This document shows positions 1-9,232 of a stretch of DNA of 64,000 bases, piece by piece. Position 1 is the first letter of the stretch. Every line of letters starts with the position of its first letter. Location of the stretch: the NCBI GenBank assembly GCA_963836185.1, contig CAWIIQ010000001.1:1536001-1600000 (forward strand), written 5' to 3'. The notes below the pieces were generated by a model. It was given only the letters and a program-made list of their open reading frames with translations, was not told the DNA's origin and did no database searches. The translations under genes were made by a program, and so were the position numbers. The DNA is from Candidatus Krumholzibacteriia bacterium. GTDB lineage: Bacteria; Krumholzibacteriota; Krumholzibacteriia; Krumholzibacteriales; Krumholzibacteriaceae.

Positions 1-919
1 CTGCAGCGTCAGCCCGTTCAATGGCAGGAAGTACAGGCGCCGCTCAAACGAGGATGTCATAGCTGAGTTCAGGCTTATCAGGGAGAAGCTCGTGCTCATC
101 GTAGACGACAATCTCATCGGAACTCGTCCTGATCACATCGCGCGGGTAAAGGATCTGTTCCGGACAATGATCGACGCTGACCTCGGCAAGAAGTGGGTCT
201 GTCAGGCGACGATCAATATGGCGGATGATGATGAACTGCTGAGACTGGCCCGGGATGCCGGGTGCATTGGTGCGTTTATCGGATTTGAATCGACTACCGA
301 CGAAGGCCTGGCCGAGGTGCACAAGAAATACAACATCCAGAAAGATCGCGATTTCAGAGCATCGGTACGCCGGATCCAGAGCTACAATATCACAGTCGCA
401 GGCTCATTTATCATGGGGCTAGATGTCGACCGGGCAGGCATCGGCAGGAATATAGCCGATACGGCCAATCAGTATGGCGTGGATATTCTTAATGTGCTCT
501 TTCTGACACCATTACCCGGTACGGTCCTGTGGAACAAGATGGAGGAAGAAGGGCGCATAGTAGCGAACCGATTCCCTGAAGACTGGCGGTATTTCACTCT
601 GACACTGCCAGTGGGGCGCTACAAGCATCTCACGCAGAACGAGATCCTCGAGGAGATGAGCACCTGTGTGAGAAGGTTCTATTCAATGCGAGGTATCCTG
701 CGCCGTGTAGTGCGTAATCTCTGGAACAGGCAGCATCCATTCCTTACCCTGGCATCCAATCTTTCTTATAGAAATAACGGTAGTATCAGTCAGGGCGTAT
801 GCGATGAATTCAAACGCACAGGCGAACGGCTGAAAGCCGCGCTTCCACTGCCACCGACCGGTGAGAATCTGCATGTGCTTGCCCCGCATCTAAGTATCCA
901 AAAGTCCAGGATGGAGTGA
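1..919 (+). CDS. Radical SAM protein, probable B12-binding class, 5'-truncated by the window edge
   Basis: The frame is open from nt 2 (CSVSPFNGRKYRRRS..., probably the last Cys of CxxxCxxC) and continues into the 92..919 ORF. Motifs VDDNL, FIGFES, GSFIMGLD and LTPLPGT are typical of B12-binding radical SAM C-terminal halves. Confidence 0.8.
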   Translation, partial: CSVSPFNGRKYRRRSNEDVIAEFRLIREKLVLIVDDNLIGTRPDHIARVKDLFRTMIDADLGKKWVCQATINMADDDELLRLARDAGCIGAFIGFESTTDEGLAEVHKKYNIQKDRDFRASVRRIQSYNITVAGSFIMGLDVDRAGIGRNIADTANQYGVDILNVLFLTPLPGTVLWNKMEEEGRIVANRFPEDWRYFTLTLPVGRYKHLTQNEILEEMSTCVRRFYSMRGILRRVVRNLWNRQHPFLTLASNLSYRNNGSISQGVCDEFKRTGERLKAALPLPPTGENLHVLAPHLSIQKSRME

Positions 920-1029
920 TGAGTGGGTAGCTTTCTGCGTTCGCATCTGACTGCTCGTTCTAGTATATTGATTCAAGAGTATTTTTATCAGTTTCAGGCC
1001 CCATTTGCCTATTCGAGCTGGAGAGTAAT

Positions 1030-3519
1030 ATGACCGCATCACGAGCTGCATGCGTATCTGTATCTGTTCTTATCATCGCCCTCCTGATATTGCACACGGT
1101 ACCGGCCGGTGCCGCAGGGCCGGACAACAACGTCGAATGGGACGGCGTGTCGCATGTCGATTTTCAGGATCGCCGTCCGTTGTGCCCGGTCGGCAACGAG
1201 GGCTTCTCAATTCGTTTCCAGGCGAACATCGATGACCTGACAGGGGCGCGCGTGTTTGTCGACGACGGCGGGTCGACTTCATGGCTCGTCGCCGTTGTAG
1301 CGGGGCAGAGGGGCCCCTATGATATATGGGAGGTCCAGGTACCGGTAACATCGTCTGCCGGGATAAGCTATTTCATAGAACTGACAGACGGCACCGATAT
1401 CGACTATCTCAGCATATCCGGCTTGAACGATACTATTCCTGTCGACGGAGGATGGCCGCTGGACTTCACGACGCTCGATCATGCTCCTGTCGGCGCGACG
1501 CTGGCCACTGGTGGAGCGGTTTTCAAGGTATGGGCCCCCGGGGCATCGACCTGCCACGTGCGGGGGGAGTTCAACGAGTGGGGGCTCACTGATCAGCTTA
1601 CACGTGTCGGTGAGCATTTCATCGGCTATGTCTCCGGGCCGTCAGCAGGTGACGAGTACAAGTATTTCTTTTCCCCTGGCAGCATCTGGAAAGCAGATGC
1701 CAGGGCGCGCGCCTTTAATTCGGGGAGCAATTCTAACAGTATCATCGAGGATCCGTTCGGGTACCAGTGGCAGGTCGACGATTTCCAGACACCGCCGCAG
1801 GAGGAAATGGTCGTCTACCAGCTGCACATGGGAACATTTGCCGGGCTTAACGATCCGGCCGGCTCAGTTGTCCATCCGGCAGGGTATCTCGATGTTGCCG
1901 CCCGCGTGAGCCATCTCGTCGATCTCGGCGTGAATACCGTGATGTTCAATCCCGTCAATGAATTCCCGGGCGACGAATCGGCCGGTTACAATCCTATAAC
2001 GGCGTGGGCTCCCGAATGGGTATATGGCTCTGCCGATGACTTTAAATATCTCGTCGACGCGTGTCACCGGAACGGAATAGCCGTACTTCTCGACATCGTC
2101 TGGAACCACTTCAGCGTCAATGACAACTACCTCTGGGATTACGACGGAACTCAGTTCTACTTCGACGACCCGGCGGCAGACACCCCATGGGGCGCTCAGG
2201 CGGATTTCGACAGGGACGGCGTACGTGACTATTACCTGAACAGCGCGCTGCACTGGCTCGAGGAGTACAAGCTTGACGGATACCGCATGGATGCCACTGA
2301 CTATATGAACAACGTTCAGGGAAGCGGCTGGAGCCTGATGCAGGAATTCAACGATATCGTTGACAACCGTTTCGCCGGGAAGGTAGTCGTAGCCGAGCAG
2401 CTGCCCGACGATAACTGGGTGACGCGTCCCGTATCCCTCGGTGGAGCGGGCTTTGATTGTCAGTACTACGACTACTTTACCGATACGATCCGTGAGGAGA
2501 TATTCGACGCGGCGTTCGGTGATCCCGAGATGTGGAAGATCCGCAATATAATCAATGGCGGCGGGACATATCTCGAGGGAGCGAGTGTCTTTAATTATTT
2601 CGAGCTGCACGACGAAGCATGGTCCTCGAGCGGCGGAGGCCGTGCCGTCAAGGTGATCGATCCGAGTGTCCCGCATGATGATGAGTGGGCTCAGGGGAGG
2701 ACGAAACTCGCTCACAGTATCGTGATGCTTTCTCCCGGAATTCCGGCCTTTCTTATGGGATGCGAGTGGCTGGAAGATACAGATTTCGGAACAAGCTCGG
2801 CTGAAAGGATCGATTGGTCCAACAAGATCAACTACAGCGAGTACTTCGCGTACTTCAGGGACCTCATAGCCGTGCGGGATAATTCGGCCTTTCGCGCCGA
2901 CGCTTCACGCAACGTATATCATCTCAATGAGAGCGGGAATGTCATCGGATTCAGGCGCTGGGACGCCGAGAACGATTTCGTGGTCATCGCCAATTTCAGC
3001 AATACAGATTATTCCGATTATCGAATAGGGCTTCCGCAGGAGGGTTACTGGAGAGAAGCGCTCAACAGCATGGATTTCAATTATGGCGGCCCGGGGCCCG
3101 TAAATGATGGGACGCTGAACACCGAGCCTGTCGGATATAACGGTTACAGCCAGTCGTTTCTTATCGAACTGCCTAAAATGGCATTCATCGTCCTGGAGAA
3201 GGGTGCCGTCCAGACGGATACTGAGGAGCCGCTGATCCCTTCCGTAAACGCGCTCGAGCCGAACTATCCCAATCCGTTCAATCCATCGACGACGATCAGG
3301 TTCTCGCTTGCCGGACCAGGGCATACATCGCTTCGCGTCTACGATGTAGCCGGACGCCTGGTCAGGTCACTTGTCGATGATACGCTCGATGACGGAATGC
3401 ACGAGATTCCGTGGGACGGAACGAATGAAAGGGGAGACGTGGCGGCGTCAGGCGTCTACTTCTACCGCCTGGTCACAGGGCGATTCAAACAGACCAGGAG
3501 GATGGTGCTGCTCAGGTAG
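1030..3519 (+). CDS. Secreted GH13 alpha-glucan enzyme (GlgB/TreZ-like) with C-terminal FlgD-Ig/T9SS-like sorting domain
   Basis: Signal peptide; CBM48-like FKVWAPGA...VRGEFNEW; GH13 regions LDIVWNH, DGYRMDA, VAEQL, ELHDE; C-terminal NYPNPFNPSTTI...YDVAGRLV...WDG...SGVYFYRL...RRMVLLR. Confidence 0.85.
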   Translation: MTASRAACVSVSVLIIALLILHTVPAGAAGPDNNVEWDGVSHVDFQDRRPLCPVGNEGFSIRFQANIDDLTGARVFVDDGGSTSWLVAVVAGQRGPYDIWEVQVPVTSSAGISYFIELTDGTDIDYLSISGLNDTIPVDGGWPLDFTTLDHAPVGATLATGGAVFKVWAPGASTCHVRGEFNEWGLTDQLTRVGEHFIGYVSGPSAGDEYKYFFSPGSIWKADARARAFNSGSNSNSIIEDPFGYQWQVDDFQTPPQEEMVVYQLHMGTFAGLNDPAGSVVHPAGYLDVAARVSHLVDLGVNTVMFNPVNEFPGDESAGYNPITAWAPEWVYGSADDFKYLVDACHRNGIAVLLDIVWNHFSVNDNYLWDYDGTQFYFDDPAADTPWGAQADFDRDGVRDYYLNSALHWLEEYKLDGYRMDATDYMNNVQGSGWSLMQEFNDIVDNRFAGKVVVAEQLPDDNWVTRPVSLGGAGFDCQYYDYFTDTIREEIFDAAFGDPEMWKIRNIINGGGTYLEGASVFNYFELHDEAWSSSGGGRAVKVIDPSVPHDDEWAQGRTKLAHSIVMLSPGIPAFLMGCEWLEDTDFGTSSAERIDWSNKINYSEYFAYFRDLIAVRDNSAFRADASRNVYHLNESGNVIGFRRWDAENDFVVIANFSNTDYSDYRIGLPQEGYWREALNSMDFNYGGPGPVNDGTLNTEPVGYNGYSQSFLIELPKMAFIVLEKGAVQTDTEEPLIPSVNALEPNYPNPFNPSTTIRFSLAGPGHTSLRVYDVAGRLVRSLVDDTLDDGMHEIPWDGTNERGDVAASGVYFYRLVTGRFKQTRRMVLLR

Positions 3520-3530
3520 CGGCACGCGTA

Positions 3531-4853
3531 TCAGCGGATCTTCTGCCGCCTGCCGGCGAAGATAGACTGGACTCCGAAATTGAAGACAAAATCGCCGTAC
3601 TGACTTACGCCCATGTCAAACCTCAGCATCTCTACGCCAGGCAGCAGCAGCCTCAATCCGGCCCCGAATCCTGTACGCGTGCGTTGTATGTTGAAGTCGG
3701 TCGAACGGCTCCAGGCCAGACCGGTGTCCAGAAAACATGCAAGTTGAAGTCCTGTGCTGATCGTCCATTTAATGATCTTTAGATCTCTCATCGGGATAAA
3801 GTTCCACCGGTATTCTATATTGAAAAGGAACTGGTTCTTTCCGTACAGATCCATGCCAAGTTCCTCGAGGCGGTAACCGCGGATACTGTTGGACCCGCCC
3901 ATGAAATACTGATAATAACCGGGGATGTCGACGCCCACGATCCCTGACTGGAGGGACAGGATCGGGCCGGCCGCGATCGACTGGGTCTTTCCGATCGGCT
4001 GATAGCGGTTGAAATCAATCTGCGCGCTCCAGAAATCCGCGTCTCCTCCAGTATATGAAGCGTTGATCCATTCGTTATGCCAACCGGAGCGGGGCGCGTT
4101 ATACGAATCACGGTCGTCGTATCCGAGGAGAAGGTTTCCGTAGAGCATGTTGTCTCTGTTGGAAGGGTCGATCGTGATCCCGTCCTTGTCGCTCATGATC
4201 GCGACGTATCCGAGGTGCGCTCTGAGACGGCCTGAATCGCCGATCCATTTCCCGCCGCTGACCTGGAAGAGGTCCTTCGTCTCTTCGAAATCCAGCAAAA
4301 TATTCTGACGGATAGTGTGTCCGCCCTCGATTCCTCCAGAGATCCGGTTTCCCGTTATCCATGGATCTCGAAAGGCGACGAAAAAAGCATTCACTCCTCC
4401 CAGCATGAACATGGCAGATAACTGCTGAGCCCGTCCGAAGAGATTGATGGATGCTACTCCGGCACCGGCAGAGAAACCGTTCTCCTCGGAATAGTTGACA
4501 GCAGGGATCGGGATTATCCACGGGATCTCACTGACTACGAATTCCAGAGCGGCCCCGCCTTCGTCCGGTCTGACATAAACGCTGACTGCTCCGAAGATAG
4601 GCAGATTCTTCAGCCTGACGAGATCTTCCCTTACGAGTTCCGCATAGAGGGGGTCACCGACGATACTGCGCACTTCCCTGTCTACAACAAACCTCTTCGT
4701 GTGCTTAAGTCCCGTGTATTCGATAGCTGTTATCGTATTTCCCTCAAAACGGTCGAGGTCGATGGAGGGAGCAGTCTGCGGTTCTCTCTGCGCGGAAACA
4801 GTCGCGGAAAGGGTCATCAGCAGAAATATTGTGATAAGAGTCAGTTTCATCAT
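3531..4853 (-). CDS. Omp85/BamA-TamA family outer-membrane protein with one POTRA domain
   Basis: Signal peptide; POTRA-like ITAIEYTGLKHTKRFVVDRE; barrel with loop-6 motif MGGSNSIRGY; C-terminal GFGAGLR...RFDMG strands. Confidence 0.8.
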   Translation of the reverse strand: MMKLTLITIFLLMTLSATVSAQREPQTAPSIDLDRFEGNTITAIEYTGLKHTKRFVVDREVRSIVGDPLYAELVREDLVRLKNLPIFGAVSVYVRPDEGGAALEFVVSEIPWIIPIPAVNYSEENGFSAGAGVASINLFGRAQQLSAMFMLGGVNAFFVAFRDPWITGNRISGGIEGGHTIRQNILLDFEETKDLFQVSGGKWIGDSGRLRAHLGYVAIMSDKDGITIDPSNRDNMLYGNLLLGYDDRDSYNAPRSGWHNEWINASYTGGDADFWSAQIDFNRYQPIGKTQSIAAGPILSLQSGIVGVDIPGYYQYFMGGSNSIRGYRLEELGMDLYGKNQFLFNIEYRWNFIPMRDLKIIKWTISTGLQLACFLDTGLAWSRSTDFNIQRTRTGFGAGLRLLLPGVEMLRFDMGVSQYGDFVFNFGVQSIFAGRRQKIR

Positions 4854-4874
4854 ATGGTGGTACAGGGATAAGCA

Positions 4875-4912
4875 GACGGCGAATCGATCATTGAACTGAA
4901 AGATCCGCCGTC
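4875..4912 (-). terminator. Stem-loop between the OMP gene and the Omp85 gene (possible terminator or processing site)
   Basis: Minus strand GACGGCGGATC-N16-GATTCGCCGTC forms an 11-bp stem with one GU pair; the U-tract is weak. Confidence 0.3.
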
Positions 4913-4928
4913 AAGAAAGAACCAGCAT

Positions 4929-5423
4929 TTAAAACGGCAGCGTTACGCCGATGTTGGCGCCGACACCGCTCATATCCACGCTTCCGCCAACATCAAGGTC
5001 CGGCTCGAGATAGAGATAACGGACCTCGCCGAAAACACCAAGGCTGGCCAGGGATATATCGATGCCAAGCGCGGCGAAACCACCCGGCGAGCTATTCGGA
5101 GCGAAATCGCCGGACATGATGTAATAACCGAGGCCCACGCCTCCGTAGAACATGGCGAGTTTGACTCGTCCGAAAACCTCGAGCGGGAACATGTCCAGAT
5201 TCGCGTCTTCGTCGCCGCTGTATCTTAGCCAGGAGGCCCGGGCATCGATCGAGATGATCGGTATTATACCGAACTGGTGCTTCAGGCCCAGGCCGTAGCC
5301 TGAGTCGACGTCATTGGAGTCCTGCCATTGGCCGAAGATTCCTATAGCGTTTGCCGGCAATGTGAAGGCCGTCGTCAGGAACAGGGTGAGGGCGAGGCCG
5401 ATGAGGATCCGGGATCTCTTCAT
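4929..5423 (-). CDS. Small outer-membrane beta-barrel protein (8-stranded OMP-like)
   Basis: ATG at 5423 after GAAGGG; signal peptide ending ANA; amphipathic beta strands; C-terminal Phe (IGVTLPF). The ORF track's 5546 start is too long. Confidence 0.7.
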   Translation of the reverse strand: MKRSRILIGLALTLFLTTAFTLPANAIGIFGQWQDSNDVDSGYGLGLKHQFGIIPIISIDARASWLRYSGDEDANLDMFPLEVFGRVKLAMFYGGVGLGYYIMSGDFAPNSSPGGFAALGIDISLASLGVFGEVRYLYLEPDLDVGGSVDMSGVGANIGVTLPF

Positions 5424-5618
5424 TGCAATTCCCTTCGGTAAAAGAAAGATGAAACTGGCCGTTTTCACTTCGCAATCGTGGAATTCTAAGCGAAAATCAT
5501 TCCTTATAGAAGGATTATATTGAGTCCCGATGAATAGTATGGACAAGCTGTGCGGATATATGATTACAGTTCTGGAAGATAGCTGAAGAGGAAGTAAATG
5601 AATCGAGGAGATCCATAA

Positions 5619-6527
5619 ATGAATATCAAAGGGGTCCTGATCGCCGGGCTTTTGATCTTTTCGCTCTCATGCCTGTATTCCTGCGCTCCTGAAAGCAAAG
5701 GTCCCGCTCCGACACTGGCTGAAGCGAAGGAAGCGGAGTATCAGGGTATTTACGAATCATCCGTACGTTTTACGGGCGGCTTTTACGAGGGGAAACTTTT
5801 CAGCGAAGGGGGAGCAGCACGTCCCACGGTGAGACTGATCGGTGATCTCTGTGTTCAGGGCGATCTTGACGGGGACGGCGCCGAGGAATCGGCAGTCCTC
5901 CTTGCGGAGAATTCAGGGGGATCGGGAACCTTTATATATGTCGCGGTCCTTGAGCGCAGGGGGGATGTCATAACGAATACCGGGACAGTTCTTCTCGGGG
6001 ACAGGGTCCAGGTCCGTTCACTCATACTGGATGCCGGTGCACTCACGATAAAAGTCATCAGGCACGGCTCAGACGATCCGATGTGCTGCCCTACCGAGAA
6101 GGCCCTGAGGACCTGGGCTGTGGATGGAGGATCCCTTGTTGAAAGAACACCTGAGGTCACGGGCACGCTTTCAATCGATGACCTCGCGGGCGTCAAATGG
6201 GTCCTCGTGAGTCTTGGTCCCGATGAGCCTTATCCGGGAGATCCTCCTGTGACCATCTTATTCGAGAAAGACAGGATCTCAGGATCGGGCGGCTGTAACA
6301 GGTACTTTTCTGAAATAAGCGAGATCGCCCCGGGTGTGATAAAGCCCGGACTGATCGGAAGCACGAGGATGTCATGCGGGGATGAGATCACAGGAGTGGA
6401 AGAGCGGTTCCTCGAAGCTGTCGGCGGCGCCGCCGGATACGGTTTCCTCGCGGGCAGCCTCGCTCTGACCTGCAGGGTGGAAGACAGAATAGTGACACTC
6501 ATATTCAAAGCAGGAGCCGCTGAATGA
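5619..6527 (+). CDS. META (HslJ-like) domain lipoprotein
   Basis: Lipobox-like LYSC; GDLDGDG and ENSGGSG...CCP N-terminal domain; META motifs W.L...ISGSGGCNRY and STRMSC...E..FL. Confidence 0.75.
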   Translation: MNIKGVLIAGLLIFSLSCLYSCAPESKGPAPTLAEAKEAEYQGIYESSVRFTGGFYEGKLFSEGGAARPTVRLIGDLCVQGDLDGDGAEESAVLLAENSGGSGTFIYVAVLERRGDVITNTGTVLLGDRVQVRSLILDAGALTIKVIRHGSDDPMCCPTEKALRTWAVDGGSLVERTPEVTGTLSIDDLAGVKWVLVSLGPDEPYPGDPPVTILFEKDRISGSGGCNRYFSEISEIAPGVIKPGLIGSTRMSCGDEITGVEERFLEAVGGAAGYGFLAGSLALTCRVEDRIVTLIFKAGAAE

Positions 6528-6528
6528 C

Positions 6529-8376
6529 ATGTGCGGGATAGCGGGAATAATCAGCCTCACCTCCGATGGATCGGCAGACCATGAGCCTCTCGACAGGATG
6601 ATCGAGGCTATGCACCTTCGCGGCCCGGACGACAGCGGGAAGGCAGTCACGGACCGTGTCGCCTTCGGGATGAGGCGGCTTTCGATCATCGATCTCGAGC
6701 ACGGCCATCAGCCGATTGAATCGGAGGACGGCGCTGTGCGGGTGATCATGAACGGGGAGATCTACTCGTTCCCAGAGGTGAAGAAAGAGCTGGAGAAGGC
6801 TGGGCACAGGTTCCGGACGCAGGCCGACACCGAGGTCCTCGTCCACGGCTACGAGGAGTGGGGTATCGAGGGCCTGCTCGGAAGGCTCAACGGCATGTTC
6901 GCTTTCGCGCTGCATGATATGGAAAAGGACATCGTCTTTGTCGCCCGCGACCGCCTCGGGATCAAGCCACTGGTCTATACTGTCCGCGATGGACAACTCT
7001 ATTTCGCTTCGTCGATAAAGGCGCTGCTCATGACAGGGCGAGTCCCGGTCGAGCCGGATCCCGCGGGAGTGCGGCTGTATCTTTACAACCAGTATATCCC
7101 CGCTCCATATACTGTCCTGGCAGGGGTGAGCAAACTGCCGCCTGCGAGTTACATGAGAATAGACAGGGGGAAGCTCTCGGATCCGCGCGTATACTGGCGC
7201 ATTTCCGACAGAGGGGAACAGGAAAGGGGGCGGGACTGGCACGGCGAGCTCCGGGACCTTTTCGAGGACGCCGTTCGCTGTCACATGATCAGTGACGTGG
7301 AGGTCGGGGTATTTCTCTCCGGAGGGCTTGACTCGTCGCTTGTTCTCTCGTACATGAGCGAGATGTCTTCTCACAAGGTGAAGGCATTTTCCATATCGGT
7401 AAAGCATGACAATGTCTACGATGAATCCCGGTATGCGCGGATGGCGGCGGAGAGGTTCGGCGCGGACCTGATCGAGATCCCCTTCAGGCCGGAGGATGCC
7501 GTCGACGCGGCGACCAGGTATATCGGGCATCTCGACGAACCACTGGCCGACCCCGCGCAGCTTCCAACCTTCATACTCTCGGAGCTGGCTCACCGGCACG
7601 TCAAGGTCGTACTTTCCGGGGAGGGCGCGGATGAACTCTTCGCAGGATATGACTACTACGACAGGTATGCCACCATGTCGGGACGGTTCCGGATGTCGAT
7701 CGAGGGTATCAGGCGCCGGGCCGCGGAAGCAGGGGGGGACGCCGGGATCGTCGAGAGGATCAGGAAGCATACTTACAGGTCCACAGTAAGCTCATACCCC
7801 CACGTCCTGCCTGGTGTGATCTGCGACCGACTTGTAGCGGATCTTCCTTCAGACAGGACGACGGCTGAACTTCAGGCGGAAGTCGAGAGGGGCCTGGTCG
7901 GCGGCAGGAAGGCCCGGGGGATGGACAGGGCGCTCGTCGCGGATACAGGGGGCTGGCTTCCCGACAACCTCCTGATGAAGGTCGACAGGATGTCCATGGC
8001 TAACAGCCTCGAGGTCAGGGTCCCCTTTCTCGATTACCGGCTTGTCGAGCTCGCCGCAGGGATCCCCGCGAGGATGAAGAGGAGGAATCGGACGGGCAAG
8101 GTGATAGTCAGGGAGGCATTTGCCGATCGCCTCGGAGATACTCTGGCGGCCAGAGGCAAACATGGATTCAGCCTGCCTGTCGGATCATGGCTCCAGGGGC
8201 TCATGAGGCCCCTGGCGGAGGATACGTTCGACTCGGGGCTGGCGAAGATGCCATGGATAGACCGGGCAGCCGTTGATGAGATAACGGGTGATCTGATGGC
8301 CGGCAGGATGGATATGTGGCGGCAGTCATGGATGCTTCTGACGCTGGCCGCATGGTTCGATCTTGCCGGAGAATAA
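6529..8376 (+). CDS. asnB: Asparagine synthase (glutamine-hydrolyzing) family amidotransferase
   Basis: N-terminal MCGIAG, LRGPD, RRLSIID, NGEIY, ARDRLGIKPL, LSGGLDSS, SGEGADELFAGY, SLEVRVPFLD. Confidence 0.92.
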   Translation: MCGIAGIISLTSDGSADHEPLDRMIEAMHLRGPDDSGKAVTDRVAFGMRRLSIIDLEHGHQPIESEDGAVRVIMNGEIYSFPEVKKELEKAGHRFRTQADTEVLVHGYEEWGIEGLLGRLNGMFAFALHDMEKDIVFVARDRLGIKPLVYTVRDGQLYFASSIKALLMTGRVPVEPDPAGVRLYLYNQYIPAPYTVLAGVSKLPPASYMRIDRGKLSDPRVYWRISDRGEQERGRDWHGELRDLFEDAVRCHMISDVEVGVFLSGGLDSSLVLSYMSEMSSHKVKAFSISVKHDNVYDESRYARMAAERFGADLIEIPFRPEDAVDAATRYIGHLDEPLADPAQLPTFILSELAHRHVKVVLSGEGADELFAGYDYYDRYATMSGRFRMSIEGIRRRAAEAGGDAGIVERIRKHTYRSTVSSYPHVLPGVICDRLVADLPSDRTTAELQAEVERGLVGGRKARGMDRALVADTGGWLPDNLLMKVDRMSMANSLEVRVPFLDYRLVELAAGIPARMKRRNRTGKVIVREAFADRLGDTLAARGKHGFSLPVGSWLQGLMRPLAEDTFDSGLAKMPWIDRAAVDEITGDLMAGRMDMWRQSWMLLTLAAWFDLAGE

Positions 8377-8380
8377 TCAC

Positions 8381-8409
8381 TTTACAATACACCCGGATAT
8401 GACTATTCT
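8381..8409 (+). promoter_or_regulatory. Sigma70-type promoter
   Basis: TTTACA-17 nt-TATTCT upstream of the AAGGAG RBS of the 8456 gene. Confidence 0.55.
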
Positions 8410-8455
8410 CCCCGGAGGAGACAGTTAACAAACTGGCCACAAGGAGAGTCGTAAA

Positions 8456-9223
8456 ATGCGCAAGGGCATCCTCTTGACAGTATTCACAGTTTTCGTCTGC
8501 GTTCTTCTGACAGGCACAGCTTTCGCCGAGCTCCGCTGGCAGGCTGGCGCGAAGGGCGGGGCCTACTGGGCGTCATTGACAGGTGACGCGGTCACCCTGT
8601 GGGCCGGCGGCGAGGACAGCCAGCTGGCAGGAGCCATAGGGGACGCCACCCTCGGTTTCACGGGTGGCGGTTTTCTGACCGTATTCTTCAATGATTTCTT
8701 CGGTCTTCAGACTGAAGTGATGTACACCCCGAAAGGCGGCCAGGGCGTGGCATCCGGGGAAATCATATACTATCCCGACAACGACGATCCGAGGCCCGCT
8801 TTCTTCGACGGCACCGTGTACGCCTATATCGACTATATCGAGGTCCCCCTGCTTGCGGTCTTCGAGTTCGGAGCCGATGATGGCGGAAAGATCCGGATCC
8901 GCGGACTCGCTGGTACAACCTTCGCTTTCAAGCTCCAGGCCGAATCAAGACTGGAGGGAACCGCGGAGATCACGCTGCAGGATACCAGCACACGCACGGA
9001 GCAGATAGATCAGCGGGAAGATATCAGCGACCGTGTAAAGAGTTTTGAATTCGGACTGATGTTCGGCGGGGCTGTCTACTGGGATATCGGGGCTGTCGAC
9101 CTTCTTATAGAGTCGAGATGGGAGGGCGGCCTCACTACGATCGACAATACGACATTATACCGCGATGTTAATACGAGCAATGTAAGCCTTATGTTCGGAT
9201 TCAGTTATCCGTTCGGCGGATAG
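8456..9223 (+). CDS. Outer-membrane beta-barrel protein (PorT-like/OMP_b-brl_2)
   Basis: Signal peptide; AGAKGG, FGLQTEVMYTPKG, DYIEVPLL, FEFGLMFGG; terminal GFSYPF. Confidence 0.7.
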   Translation: MRKGILLTVFTVFVCVLLTGTAFAELRWQAGAKGGAYWASLTGDAVTLWAGGEDSQLAGAIGDATLGFTGGGFLTVFFNDFFGLQTEVMYTPKGGQGVASGEIIYYPDNDDPRPAFFDGTVYAYIDYIEVPLLAVFEFGADDGGKIRIRGLAGTTFAFKLQAESRLEGTAEITLQDTSTRTEQIDQREDISDRVKSFEFGLMFGGAVYWDIGAVDLLIESRWEGGLTTIDNTTLYRDVNTSNVSLMFGFSYPFGG

Positions 9224-9232
9224 CCCTGACAG

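Noticed and set aside
6505-7770. Long antisense ORFs (also 1864-2715, 12760-13809, 37186-38133, 48786-49862)
   Set aside because: They lie opposite well-conserved genes, have no recognisable motifs, and are expected shadows of codon bias.
6529-8376. asnB as a lasso-peptide cyclase
   Set aside because: The N-terminal glutaminase Cys is intact and no precursor, B protein or RRE gene is nearby.
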